A DNA stretch of 51,101 nucleotides from Syntrophaceae bacterium UBA4810 (lineage in GTDB: Bacteria; Desulfobacterota; Syntrophia; Syntrophales; Smithellaceae), in contig DHGA01000064.1 of assembly GCA_002402545.1 (NCBI GenBank), forward strand, positions 654 through 51,754, read 5' to 3'. Made by a program: the position numbers and the translations under genes. Below are positions 18,637-28,193 of the stretch, in pieces. Positions within the stretch are counted from its first letter, which is position 1; the number at the start of each line of letters is the position of its first letter. The notes beneath the pieces were generated by a model. The model was not told the origin of the DNA. It saw only the letters and a list, made by a program, of their open reading frames with translations, and ran no database searches.

Positions 18637-18704
18637 GGCTGCAGGCATTCACCGACAAGACTCTTTGCACCGATAACAACCATGCGCCCTTTATCATTCA
18701 TCAT
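18637..18704 (-). pseudogene. Duplicated 5' fragment of the 17538-18425 epimerase gene, cut at the MITE
   Basis: MMNDKGRMVVIGAKSLVGECLQP versus MKNDKGRVGVIGATALVGACLLP; 54/68 nt identical by manual count. Confidence 0.8.
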
Positions 18705-18807
18705 TTTTTTTCTCAGCTTCTTGGAATTATCATTAGTAATCTTATTGAAACCGATAGGAGATAAGACCACCGTGAACAATTCTTGGAAATATTATTTACT
18801 CTAAAAC

Positions 18808-19908
18808 TCAAACACATTCCCTATAAACTTCAGAATGCTTTTTTATCATATTTTCTTCGGAAAATAACTTTGCGCGCTCGATAGCATTACGTGAGCAATT
18901 TTCATAAAAGCTATGATCGCCAAAGAGTCTTTTAATGGCGGCTGACAAAGCGGGCGGGTCACTGTGCGGAACTGTTATGCCGGTTACTCCATCCAAACTA
19001 ACAAACGGAACGCTTGACGGCAAAGCGGTGTTAATCACAGGTAATCCATAAGACATTGCTTCGAGCTGAACAATGCCGAAAGCTTCGCTGGCATCGATGG
19101 AAGGCAGTACAAAAAGATTGGCATTCTTATATTCAAAGGAAAGCTGTTCATCCGTAACGGTTTTTAAAAAAATGACGCGCGAATCAATTCCCGTCTTTTT
19201 AGTGAGCTGTCTTAAATTACTCAGCTCTTCGCCATCACCAACAATGCGTAGTTGTACGTCCGGTAAATGTTGTACGGAGCGAATTAGATACTCCACGCCT
19301 TTGTATTTTCGAAGCTTACCGACAAAAAGAATTGCTGGTCTCTCCTTATTAACCCTTCGCACTGTTGGCACGGGCTCATGTCCTTTAACAGGTGAGCAGG
19401 CCAATGGAATAACCTTGCACTTCTTTTCGTAGGGTTGCAATGTGGGCGAATGTTCAAGCAAGTTTGGCCCTATCAAAACGATTTTTCTTGCCTTTTCCAA
19501 AACCTGAATAAGCGAAGGGCGAAAAACCGGAAAAATTTTTTCCCAACGTGTGTTAACGGGATCAACGCACCAGGTAACAACCAGCGGTTTTGAAATATAT
19601 TTGTATAAAAACTCAGCGTTAGGAAATGGTAAATGCAAGTGGACTAAATCAGCCTTTGGAATTAGCTGCTTCATTTCCGCAGCAAGCAAACCTACAGGCT
19701 GACTAAATAATTTTAAATGGCAGGCTACACGCCTTACGGCGATATCGTCAACTTTTCCCCACGCTGTTTTTATGCGAGGAATGTGGTTGAATGTTAGAAT
19801 ACTTGGTTCAATTCCATACTTATGCATTCCGCCGCATAGCTGCTTTACGTATGTCTCCGTGCCTCCTGTAGATGGATAATAATACTTCAATATATTAAGA
19901 GCCTTCAT
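18808..19908 (-). CDS. GT4 glycosyltransferase (WbdC/WbpZ-like)
   Basis: Motifs KYYYP..GG.E, HLHLPFP, FVGKLRKYKG and EAFGIVQLEAMSYGLPVINT. Confidence 0.9.
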   Translation of the reverse strand: MKALNILKYYYPSTGGTETYVKQLCGGMHKYGIEPSILTFNHIPRIKTAWGKVDDIAVRRVACHLKLFSQPVGLLAAEMKQLIPKADLVHLHLPFPNAEFLYKYISKPLVVTWCVDPVNTRWEKIFPVFRPSLIQVLEKARKIVLIGPNLLEHSPTLQPYEKKCKVIPLACSPVKGHEPVPTVRRVNKERPAILFVGKLRKYKGVEYLIRSVQHLPDVQLRIVGDGEELSNLRQLTKKTGIDSRVIFLKTVTDEQLSFEYKNANLFVLPSIDASEAFGIVQLEAMSYGLPVINTALPSSVPFVSLDGVTGITVPHSDPPALSAAIKRLFGDHSFYENCSRNAIERAKLFSEENMIKKHSEVYRECV

Positions 19909-21023
19909 CGTTGCCTCTTTGCTGACATCACTTTTTCAAATATTTCCAGCGTCTCTTCAGCGCTGTGCTTCCATGAAAACTTTTTTGCTCTCTCATGGCC
20001 TTTAGATTTCAAGGTGTTTCTTAAATCATCGTTCGCGAGAACTTTATTCATCGCATCAGCCAAGCCCTGAACATCATTTGGATCCACCAGTAAAGCGGCG
20101 TCCCCGGCAACCTCCGGCATTGATGATACATTAGATGTAATGACCGGAACACCATAATTCATGGCTTCCAGTATGGGAAATCCAAATCCTTCATAAAGAG
20201 AAGGAAATAATAGACAGAGGGCATTTTTATAAATAAAAGAAAGCCGAGCATTATTAACATATCCGGCAAAATGAATGCGTGAACGATAGCGATGCGTTTT
20301 CAAAAGGCTCATAACATCTTTGTTTTTCCACCCGATATTACCAATTATTACAAGGCTGATATCTTCTTTTTCGGCATCCAGCAATGCAAACGCATGGAAG
20401 ATAGCCTTTAAATTTTTTCTTGGCTCCAGGGTTCCTACAAATAAGAAATACTTTTCGGGAAGTTTTTCATCTTCAAATACAGGTGAATCATTCTGTTCAG
20501 TAACAATGGGCGTCCCTGGATAGACAACGCTGATTTTATCTGGCATTATTTTGTAATGCTCACGAACACCGGAGGCTGTTGATATTGAATCAGCAATTAT
20601 ATAATCACCCCGCCGAATAGACAGCCGCATCAATAAACGTTCCAGAACGAGGTTAGGCAAAGACATTGTATGGGGAAACAACACATGGACAATATCGTGA
20701 ATGGTCAGAATCATTTTAATTCTTCTCGGCATAAAGAGCGGCAAATGGTGGCGTGGACCCCAAAAAAGATCAAATTTTAATTCACCAGCAATCCGGGGAA
20801 GGCAACACTGCATCCACATAGTGCTAAACAATTTTGGAAGGCGTCTTTCAATTTTTTTCCATCGCGGATTAATAACTTCGAATTTGATATCCTTGTTGGA
20901 AATAAGGTAGTAATGATTTTTTTGGTCCAACTCCTGGATTGCTTTCAGCAGGCTATGCAAATATACCCCGATACCCGTTAATTGCGCTTGGGAAATTGGA
21001 CGCGCATCGACACCAATTACCAT
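19905..21023 (-). CDS. GT4 glycosyltransferase (WbdB/WbpY/MtfB-like)
   Basis: Motifs TGIGVY, TIHD, VGTLEPRKN and PSLYEGFGFPILEAM. Confidence 0.9.
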   Translation of the reverse strand: MVIGVDARPISQAQLTGIGVYLHSLLKAIQELDQKNHYYLISNKDIKFEVINPRWKKIERRLPKLFSTMWMQCCLPRIAGELKFDLFWGPRHHLPLFMPRRIKMILTIHDIVHVLFPHTMSLPNLVLERLLMRLSIRRGDYIIADSISTASGVREHYKIMPDKISVVYPGTPIVTEQNDSPVFEDEKLPEKYFLFVGTLEPRKNLKAIFHAFALLDAEKEDISLVIIGNIGWKNKDVMSLLKTHRYRSRIHFAGYVNNARLSFIYKNALCLLFPSLYEGFGFPILEAMNYGVPVITSNVSSMPEVAGDAALLVDPNDVQGLADAMNKVLANDDLRNTLKSKGHERAKKFSWKHSAEETLEIFEKVMSAKRQR

Positions 21024-21051
21024 AATAACTTCACCATAAACAAAATTGGGG

Positions 21052-22026
21052 TTAGAGAACGGCTTTTGAATAATTTCCCCAAAAGAGAATAATATCCTTT
21101 ATAGTTTTCTCCAAGGGTATAGTGTTTTCCCATCCCAATTCCCGCTTGATTTTCTCATTCGCTCCTATAACAATCTTGTTATCCGCAGGCCTGATTAAGC
21201 GACTATCTACTTTTACATCTACTTCAATATTTAACTGCTTGGCCAGCATATTAATGATATCTTTAATAGACACGCCAATACCGCTACACACGTTATACAC
21301 TTCACCTTTTTTACCCTCTTTCAACAATAAATAATACGCACGGGCAACATCCCGCACATCGGTAAAATCACGCACAATCGAAACATCACCCGCGACTATA
21401 TTCCCCCTGCTTTCCCCGGATTTTTTTATTTCAACAATTTGCTTGGCTAAAGATGGCACGACAAAAATACTTTTTTGCCCTGGCCCAATATGGTTAAATG
21501 ATCTTGTTAAAACAATATCCAAACCATAACCAGCCACGTAAACCTCTGATAATAATTCTTGCGACATCCTTGCTACAGCATATGGGCTAACTGGACGCAA
21601 TTTGTGATTTTCCTTTAAGGGCAAATCTCTCTTATTTACGATTCCATATTCCTCTGATGAGCCGATGGATAGAATACGGGCATTTATTTTCATTTTCCTC
21701 ACAGACTCTATTAAATTTAAAAAAATATTCGTATTATTCTGAAAACTTTGAATAGGCTCTTTCCAGCTGAAAGCTACGCTACTGTACGACGCCAAGTGTA
21801 AAATATAGTCTGGCTGAAATTCATGGATAATGTATTCAACCCGATCTTTTGACAGCAGGTCGATTTTTTCGAAACTAATCTGGACATTTTTATAGTGATC
21901 AAATTCAAAATCGGGGCTCTGAATATCCATACCTTTAACGATACAGCCAGATTCATTATTTTCAAGATATTCCAAAAAATAACGACCGACAAAACCTGAA
22001 AAACCTGTTATTAAATATTTATTCAC
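21052..22026 (-). CDS. rmd: GDP-4-keto-6-deoxy-D-mannose reductase-like (Rmd/GMD SDR subfamily)
   Basis: Motifs ITGFSGFVG, HLASYSSVAFSW, GSSEEYG, SPYAV, RSFNHIGPGQ and RDFTDVRDV, which fit Rmd better than Gmd. Confidence 0.72.
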   Translation of the reverse strand: MNKYLITGFSGFVGRYFLEYLENNESGCIVKGMDIQSPDFEFDHYKNVQISFEKIDLLSKDRVEYIIHEFQPDYILHLASYSSVAFSWKEPIQSFQNNTNIFLNLIESVRKMKINARILSIGSSEEYGIVNKRDLPLKENHKLRPVSPYAVARMSQELLSEVYVAGYGLDIVLTRSFNHIGPGQKSIFVVPSLAKQIVEIKKSGESRGNIVAGDVSIVRDFTDVRDVARAYYLLLKEGKKGEVYNVCSGIGVSIKDIINMLAKQLNIEVDVKVDSRLIRPADNKIVIGANEKIKRELGWENTIPLEKTIKDIILFWGNYSKAVL

Positions 22027-22080
22027 TCAAGCCGCCTCATAACTATTGTAAAATATTTTTAAGAGCTAGATTGAGATGAT

Positions 22081-24318
22081 TCACTTTACCTGAACCTCAA
22101 TACGTAGCCCCGGATACCCCTTGTCTTTGAACCAGGCAACTAATTCCTGTACTGCCTCAATCTCCAGCCAGAATTTTCCCGGCCTTGATGGAGCCTTGAT
22201 CTCCAGATTCATTGTGATTTCGGCGCCTGGTTTTACTGCCACAGGCAACGCAGTTCTATTATCATCAAACCTGGATAAAGGTACTAAACTACAAGCATCC
22301 ACCCAACGGTAGGCCAAGCGGATAGCATATCTACCGGGTTCATTGAAATCATTACCAATGCTCGACAAGGCAACCTTTCCATTATTTTTCACCCGCAGGG
22401 TGCACTGTCTTAATTCATCCTTTTGCCAGCGGATTGGAACTTGCTCCGGTAACAATCTCAGAGCAAAATTTGCCGCTCCTAAAGGACCGTTCATTATGAC
22501 CGCACGCTCCTTAAGCAAAGGCTTAGATATTATTGCTGATAACCAATTACCTGTTTTAAGGTTTAAAAAATAGAGTTGGTCATTTTCCAGATTGTAGTGT
22601 TGAATCCAGCGGCTCAAATGCAAAAGATATTCCGGCGAATTAAAATTATGTATACCCCACCAGCCAATGGGAACCCATGAACTATACCCATTAATTGTGT
22701 GTAAACCAAATTTTTGGGCAACGATCATTGCATCAATCTGGGCTTCAAAAGGATATTTTTTTAATCCCTCCGCCGGTAACGAAGCAAAAGCTTTTGCCTG
22801 CTGCGGTGGTTGATGAATGCCGGCAAGCATCTCCTTTTGTTGTTGTTTGCTGTAATGAGCAAGACTGCCAGTATTGAACTGCTCCCCCACAAGTAGTAAC
22901 CCGAAAATTGTTACGGCAACTAAAAAGGCGCCCCGCTTAAGAGATGAATGTATATGTCCTGAAGCGTAGTTTATGGATTGATGCAACCCAATCGCAACCA
23001 CAATAGCAATAGGAAAAGCCAATACATGCTGAAAGCGATACACCACACGGACACTTCCCGCGCCCGGAATCAGTTTTGAAACCAACCACCAGAGGGAAAA
23101 CCCCTGGATTTTTAGCATCAACAGCCACGCCAGCAATACCGCTATCCCCAAACCCGCCGCGAGTATTGCCAATCTTTCATCAGCATTGGCCTCATTCCCA
23201 TCCACGGCTATTTTACAGGAACTATCTTGTGACGCGATCATTTGATAATATTTTGCTTTACGGATGAAATAAACTGAAAACGTCAAGAAGGTTAAAAGCA
23301 AGAAGACCGGCGTACCTTTAACCAATTCATGGGCCATCGGTCTCGACCCTATTCCTGCAAAAGCGGAGTAAAGAAACTCGCCCCATAACCAATTTTTTGG
23401 ACCAACGTTTACATAGTCAATAAACGATGGCAACATTGTGGCAATTTCTTTGAAACTGCGACCACCAAACTGATTTAATACTGGGAGATACGTTAGCAAA
23501 AATGGAATGAAACAGATTATGCTGAGCACACAATACGGCAATATTTTTTGCCAATTTTCTCTCTTGCAAATAATACATTGCCAAACAGTTTTACCGCCTA
23601 AATGCAACGCACCCCACGCAAAGAAAATGCCTGTCAATAGTAGTAGAAAAAAAACGGAAAACCAACCAACATAGTAAACCGTATAAAAGATGGCCGGAAC
23701 TATAATCGCTACAAAGATTCCAACGGCAATCCTAATCGACGACAGTTTCCTAAAGTTTTGCAGAAACAAATAAATCCCGATAGCGAGGTAGGGAATATAA
23801 TAGACAGTGAAAAAATGTGAATGAGAATTCGAAACTAAAATAGCCATGGCATTAGGAAAAACAAAAAGGGCAGCCCCTACGATAGTAGGAAATATGCGCA
23901 ATTTTAAGCAACAGCGTAAGAACAGGATTGACCCAAGCCATCCAAGCGCCACCAACGCAAACAATACTATTTGATTGGCGACAAAAGGCTCGATTCCCAG
24001 AAAACGCAAAAAAACATATGGAAGCGCATTTAGAAATCCGGCATCACTATAACCCAGTACACCTTGAACCGGAAAAAAGAAGGTAGGTGAAAGCCACTGA
24101 GCTGTCCCCTGCAATACCTGCCACCAGTGTTCCATGATTACACCAGTGAATCTGGCATCCCCGACATCGCCTAGCAATAAATCAAAACGCGAAAATATTA
24201 TTTGCCGGAAAAATATACAGCCGAGCACCAACCCAGTTACGGCATATATTACAACTTCAGCTACAACTTTTGCACGTTTCAATACTTTTACCTTCTTGAC
24301 CTGATTGTTATTTACCAA
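22081..24318 (-). CDS. Polytopic GT-C-like membrane protein with a C-terminal Ig-like beta domain
   Basis: GD..D acidic motif after TM1, FFFP....GYSD, about 12 TM helices and INGYS. The C-terminus reads VKNNG...AYRW...VKPG...APSRPG...VQELVAWF. Confidence 0.65.
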   Translation of the reverse strand: MVNNNQVKKVKVLKRAKVVAEVVIYAVTGLVLGCIFFRQIIFSRFDLLLGDVGDARFTGVIMEHWWQVLQGTAQWLSPTFFFPVQGVLGYSDAGFLNALPYVFLRFLGIEPFVANQIVLFALVALGWLGSILFLRCCLKLRIFPTIVGAALFVFPNAMAILVSNSHSHFFTVYYIPYLAIGIYLFLQNFRKLSSIRIAVGIFVAIIVPAIFYTVYYVGWFSVFFLLLLTGIFFAWGALHLGGKTVWQCIICKRENWQKILPYCVLSIICFIPFLLTYLPVLNQFGGRSFKEIATMLPSFIDYVNVGPKNWLWGEFLYSAFAGIGSRPMAHELVKGTPVFLLLTFLTFSVYFIRKAKYYQMIASQDSSCKIAVDGNEANADERLAILAAGLGIAVLLAWLLMLKIQGFSLWWLVSKLIPGAGSVRVVYRFQHVLAFPIAIVVAIGLHQSINYASGHIHSSLKRGAFLVAVTIFGLLLVGEQFNTGSLAHYSKQQQKEMLAGIHQPPQQAKAFASLPAEGLKKYPFEAQIDAMIVAQKFGLHTINGYSSWVPIGWWGIHNFNSPEYLLHLSRWIQHYNLENDQLYFLNLKTGNWLSAIISKPLLKERAVIMNGPLGAANFALRLLPEQVPIRWQKDELRQCTLRVKNNGKVALSSIGNDFNEPGRYAIRLAYRWVDACSLVPLSRFDDNRTALPVAVKPGAEITMNLEIKAPSRPGKFWLEIEAVQELVAWFKDKGYPGLRIEVQVK

Positions 24319-26828
24319 TCACCTTCAATAATAATTTGTTTCAGACGGTCAGCGCTCTGCTTCCAGGTCAGCCACGGCATGTTGTCAGGCCGCGGTGACT
24401 TGCCGAGCTCATCAAGTTCAAGCCAATGTAAAATTTCTTCTGATAGCGCTTGCGGTTCAATGCCTTTAAAGTAAAAAGCGTGCTCGCCTGCCACTTCCCT
24501 GAACACAGGAATGTCCCTGGCAATAATTGGTAATTTATGCCGAGCCGCCTCGATAAGCGGAAGGCAAAATCCTTCACCTTCGCTGGCAGCAATCAGGCAG
24601 GTAGACGCCGCGTAGATTTTTTCCAGGTATTCATCGCTGATGCCTTCCAGCCAGAAGAGACGTTTGTTCAATTCATAATGTTGGCGCAGGCGTTCTGCCA
24701 ATATTTCAACCAACCAGCCTTGTTTGCCGACGATAACGAAATTGGCGTCTATGCCCTGTTTCCAGAGCAGTTCAAAAGCACCCAACTGTTGCGCATGGCC
24801 TTTTCTTGGTTCCACAGTCCCAACCGTCAAAAAAGTCGGGCGAAGCGTGAATTCTTTAAGGACATGGGCGGCGTCATCAGGTAAACCAAGAAGGGGAACG
24901 GAATTTTCAATGTCGGCACCATTATGCGACCAGGAAATTTTTAACTCCCGTAATCGCTTCGGTCCATTTTCAGCCAGCCATTCTTTAAGTTCATTTGACA
25001 CCGCCCGGCTAACACATACCACACCGTCACAACCTGCCAGTACAAGTAACCACTCTTTATTGTAAACATTCGCACCCGGCAAAAAATAATGAGGAAAAAT
25101 TATAGGAAGCAGGTCATGGACTACGAAGAAAACCTGTACGCCATCTCGTCGCAGGGATGACAGATATTTTTTTTGAGCGATGACTACGTGATGTTGCAGG
25201 TCCAACCCCAGGAAAATGTCGCCGAAATGATATTCGATCGGCTCATCGGTCTGGTCGTTCATTATACCACGGAAGATCGCAGTGAAGTGTCTTGCGTAGC
25301 GGTATCCCGAGCTACCTTTCTTAGCATAAACGGGCTCTACTGCATACCCTTCTGGAGGGTTTTCCAAAAGTTCTTTGAGAATGCTGCGCGTTACGCGCTG
25401 AACACCTGATCGGGCATCGCGCTGTACCAACTCCGATATATCGACTAATAATTGTCTCTGGGCACTGCCATGATGGTTACGACTCAGGATGCGGGCGATC
25501 TTGATTGTTTCCTCCTCGGATATTTGGGAAGGAATTACTGCGGCGATGGCGTGAATAAGGCGAGGCAGGTTATTTTCTGGTTCTGCAACCTTTGATTTTC
25601 CAGCCGTTACTGGATCAATCTCCTCAAGTGCCGTAATCGTGCGTCGGGCACTCTCTTCCCAGGAAAACTTCTTGACTTGTTGCGCACCATGACAAATAAG
25701 ATCCTTGCGAAAAGATTCGTCAGCGAGGGCGTCCTTGATTTTTTTGGAAATCGCTTTGACATCGTAAGGATTAAAAAGCGCTTCCCCCCATCCAATAACC
25801 TCGGGCAGGCTTGTAATATTAGCCCCTATCACGGGAACGCCGCACCTCATTGCCTCGAGCGGGGGAATGCCAAAACCCTCATGCAGTGACGGAAAAATAA
25901 ATAGCTCACAACTGTTGTATAATTTGACCAGATCTTCATCTTCAACATAGCCGGTGATAACGATATCATCACGAGACAACCCACTTTTCTTTGCCGTAAG
26001 AATTAAATCATTGATGTTGCTCTCCGGCATTTTTCCTATAAATACGAGCTGGTGTGCTTTTCTTATACTGTTTGGCAGCAAAGCATAAGCTTGGATCAGG
26101 CGGTGGAGGTTTTTTCTTTCATCGGCCGCTCCCGAATACATAACAAACGGCCTGGTTATGCCTGCCCTGACGCAAACTTTATTTTTCGCTGTATCCGATA
26201 AATTTAATATTTGAAATGACTCGTCGCAGGCACCAGAGATATTGATGATATGGCGGGCATCGAAGTTAAGCGCGCATACTGCTTCGTCCCGTGTACTGTC
26301 AGAAATGGCAAAAAGCCGTTGCGCTCGTTTAAGAGAGTCAATTTTCCGGTAATAATAATCCTTATGCAGCTTGCTTGTCTTGAAATGAACATCCGGGCTG
26401 ATGAGCGGAATAAGATCGTATAGTATAACAGCAACTGGTGTATCGGCATCTAAAACGCCAATGCTGGTCACGGCGTCACAACCCAAGCCTTCAAAAAGAC
26501 TGCTCACCAAAACCACATCGGGGCGCAAGTCGGCCAAAAAAGCCTCGCGGATGCGTTCGGCGACTTCTCGGCGCCATTCGTTGCCGGGTTGCTCTTCGCA
26601 TACCGGTCCGGGAGCATGCCAGACGCGGATGTTTTCCTGCGGCAGCAGGCCGTCGAAGGCGGCACGGATAGGTTCGATGGTGTCGGGGAAAAGCCCATTT
26701 AATGCAAGAATAATTTCATGTTCACCTTTGTTGTGCACAATAGCCTGAGTTAGAGACATGCTGTAGCGGCCAATACCACGAAAGCGGCTTTCCGTTTGTG
26801 CGCCTTGCATATCAATGACAATGCGCAT
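24312..26828 (-). CDS. Two-domain GT4 polymerase (WbdA/MtfA/WbpX-like)
   Basis: N-terminus MRIVIDMQGAQTESRFRGIGRY. Two GT4 signatures (PSLHEGFGIPPLEAM and ASEGEGFCLPLIEA); the second domain begins LLVDISELVQRDARSGVQRV. Confidence 0.9.
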   Translation of the reverse strand: MRIVIDMQGAQTESRFRGIGRYSMSLTQAIVHNKGEHEIILALNGLFPDTIEPIRAAFDGLLPQENIRVWHAPGPVCEEQPGNEWRREVAERIREAFLADLRPDVVLVSSLFEGLGCDAVTSIGVLDADTPVAVILYDLIPLISPDVHFKTSKLHKDYYYRKIDSLKRAQRLFAISDSTRDEAVCALNFDARHIINISGACDESFQILNLSDTAKNKVCVRAGITRPFVMYSGAADERKNLHRLIQAYALLPNSIRKAHQLVFIGKMPESNINDLILTAKKSGLSRDDIVITGYVEDEDLVKLYNSCELFIFPSLHEGFGIPPLEAMRCGVPVIGANITSLPEVIGWGEALFNPYDVKAISKKIKDALADESFRKDLICHGAQQVKKFSWEESARRTITALEEIDPVTAGKSKVAEPENNLPRLIHAIAAVIPSQISEEETIKIARILSRNHHGSAQRQLLVDISELVQRDARSGVQRVTRSILKELLENPPEGYAVEPVYAKKGSSGYRYARHFTAIFRGIMNDQTDEPIEYHFGDIFLGLDLQHHVVIAQKKYLSSLRRDGVQVFFVVHDLLPIIFPHYFLPGANVYNKEWLLVLAGCDGVVCVSRAVSNELKEWLAENGPKRLRELKISWSHNGADIENSVPLLGLPDDAAHVLKEFTLRPTFLTVGTVEPRKGHAQQLGAFELLWKQGIDANFVIVGKQGWLVEILAERLRQHYELNKRLFWLEGISDEYLEKIYAASTCLIAASEGEGFCLPLIEAARHKLPIIARDIPVFREVAGEHAFYFKGIEPQALSEEILHWLELDELGKSPRPDNMPWLTWKQSADRLKQIIIEGDW

Positions 26829-28189
26829 TAGAGATTATCCTTTTTGTTTTTTTGAATTGCAGCTTTCAAATCATTGTAAATCTGCCGTGCACGGGGAGTC
26901 AATTTATCGACTGTTAAAGGCTGGTTTGGGAGATGTTGCTGGTTGAAATGTCTATAATAAAATGACCGCAAATAATTATAAGTACCAGTTCTACGAAGCA
27001 AAACAACGCAATACAAACGAAGTTTCTGCCTAGAATCAAGAAATATTATCAAAAATCTGACAATTTTTTTTATAACAGCTTTTAAACGCCCCGTAAATCC
27101 ATGTTGGCGCAGCAATGTTATTTGAGTACCAAGCCATCTTAACGGGGCAGTGATACGCCATGAGCGACTAACATAAATGGAATGCAATAATATTTCCTTC
27201 TCAACTATATTATCTTTTAAATCAAGTATCCTATTGCTTAAATCGTTTAATTCCTTATTTTTCAGGACAAGCTCCTGTTCTCTCCTCTGGCACTGAATTT
27301 CTGCTTCCCACGTTTGTGTTTCAAAATTATCTAATTCAGTTAAATCTTTGAATGGTGATTTTCTAAAATATTCAAACCATTCCTTATTCATAAACGTGAA
27401 TTTATTGTGCCATGGTTTTTTTCTGTTTGTCAGATGAATTATTGACGCATTCTTTATTAGTTGTTCAATGCTTATATAATTGGTATCATAAAATTGATTT
27501 ATTCTTTCAATGGTGTAATTTTCTAGAACTAAATTATATATCATTGCGTTATATTCTGGATTAAGCCACAAAACATTTTCCTTAAAAACAAAATTAAATA
27601 CATCTTGGTCTCCACATACATAATCATGACCGCGCTCATATAATGTTTCTATTGCCCTATCCGTTAAATTATCCTCTCTAATTTTTTTGAGATTAAGTAT
27701 CATCACACCCGCATTTAAGTATTCATCAACTGGTATTTTCGCGTGAATTTTATAAGAGACTTCGGCTGTCATATCTCTCACTGCGCCAACGTAATAATTG
27801 TTTAATTCCAAATTATATAATTCGCTCAAGTCATTCTTAACTAAAATGTCTCCATCTAAATATATTATTTTATCATATTCGGGAAGCAGATTTGGTATTT
27901 CAAATTTATACAATGCCGTTGAAGAAACGTGATGCCCTTTTCTATGAAACATTTGATATTTATCTTCATTGACTCTTACTATATTGACGGTAATGTTTTC
28001 ATTTTCAGAAAATGAATATAATTTATCTTCAATATCTTTATTTAGATCTGCGCTGATGATACTTATTTTATAAAAGGTTTCTTTTTTCTTGTTTGCAATT
28101 AAAGAACTTATAGCAACAGCAGTCGGAATAGAAAAATTGTAATCTGTAATAAAAACAATGGGGATTATATTAAAATTCTTCATATCCAA
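26828..28189 (-). CDS. GT8 glycosyltransferase fused to a short coiled coil and a WbdD-like C-terminal region
   Basis: GT8 motifs YLDGD, YLNAGVMILNL, DQDVFN and HLT..KPW, followed by a heptad-rich stretch, SRSWRITAPLR and LTPRARQIY. Confidence 0.85.
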   Translation of the reverse strand: MDMKNFNIIPIVFITDYNFSIPTAVAISSLIANKKKETFYKISIISADLNKDIEDKLYSFSENENITVNIVRVNEDKYQMFHRKGHHVSSTALYKFEIPNLLPEYDKIIYLDGDILVKNDLSELYNLELNNYYVGAVRDMTAEVSYKIHAKIPVDEYLNAGVMILNLKKIREDNLTDRAIETLYERGHDYVCGDQDVFNFVFKENVLWLNPEYNAMIYNLVLENYTIERINQFYDTNYISIEQLIKNASIIHLTNRKKPWHNKFTFMNKEWFEYFRKSPFKDLTELDNFETQTWEAEIQCQRREQELVLKNKELNDLSNRILDLKDNIVEKEILLHSIYVSRSWRITAPLRWLGTQITLLRQHGFTGRLKAVIKKIVRFLIIFLDSRQKLRLYCVVLLRRTGTYNYLRSFYYRHFNQQHLPNQPLTVDKLTPRARQIYNDLKAAIQKNKKDNL

Positions 28190-28193
28190 TATC

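Noticed and set aside
18467-18779. ORFs at 18467-18697 and 18555-18779 as genes
   Set aside because: They are chimeras of the duplicated epimerase start and the MITE sequence.
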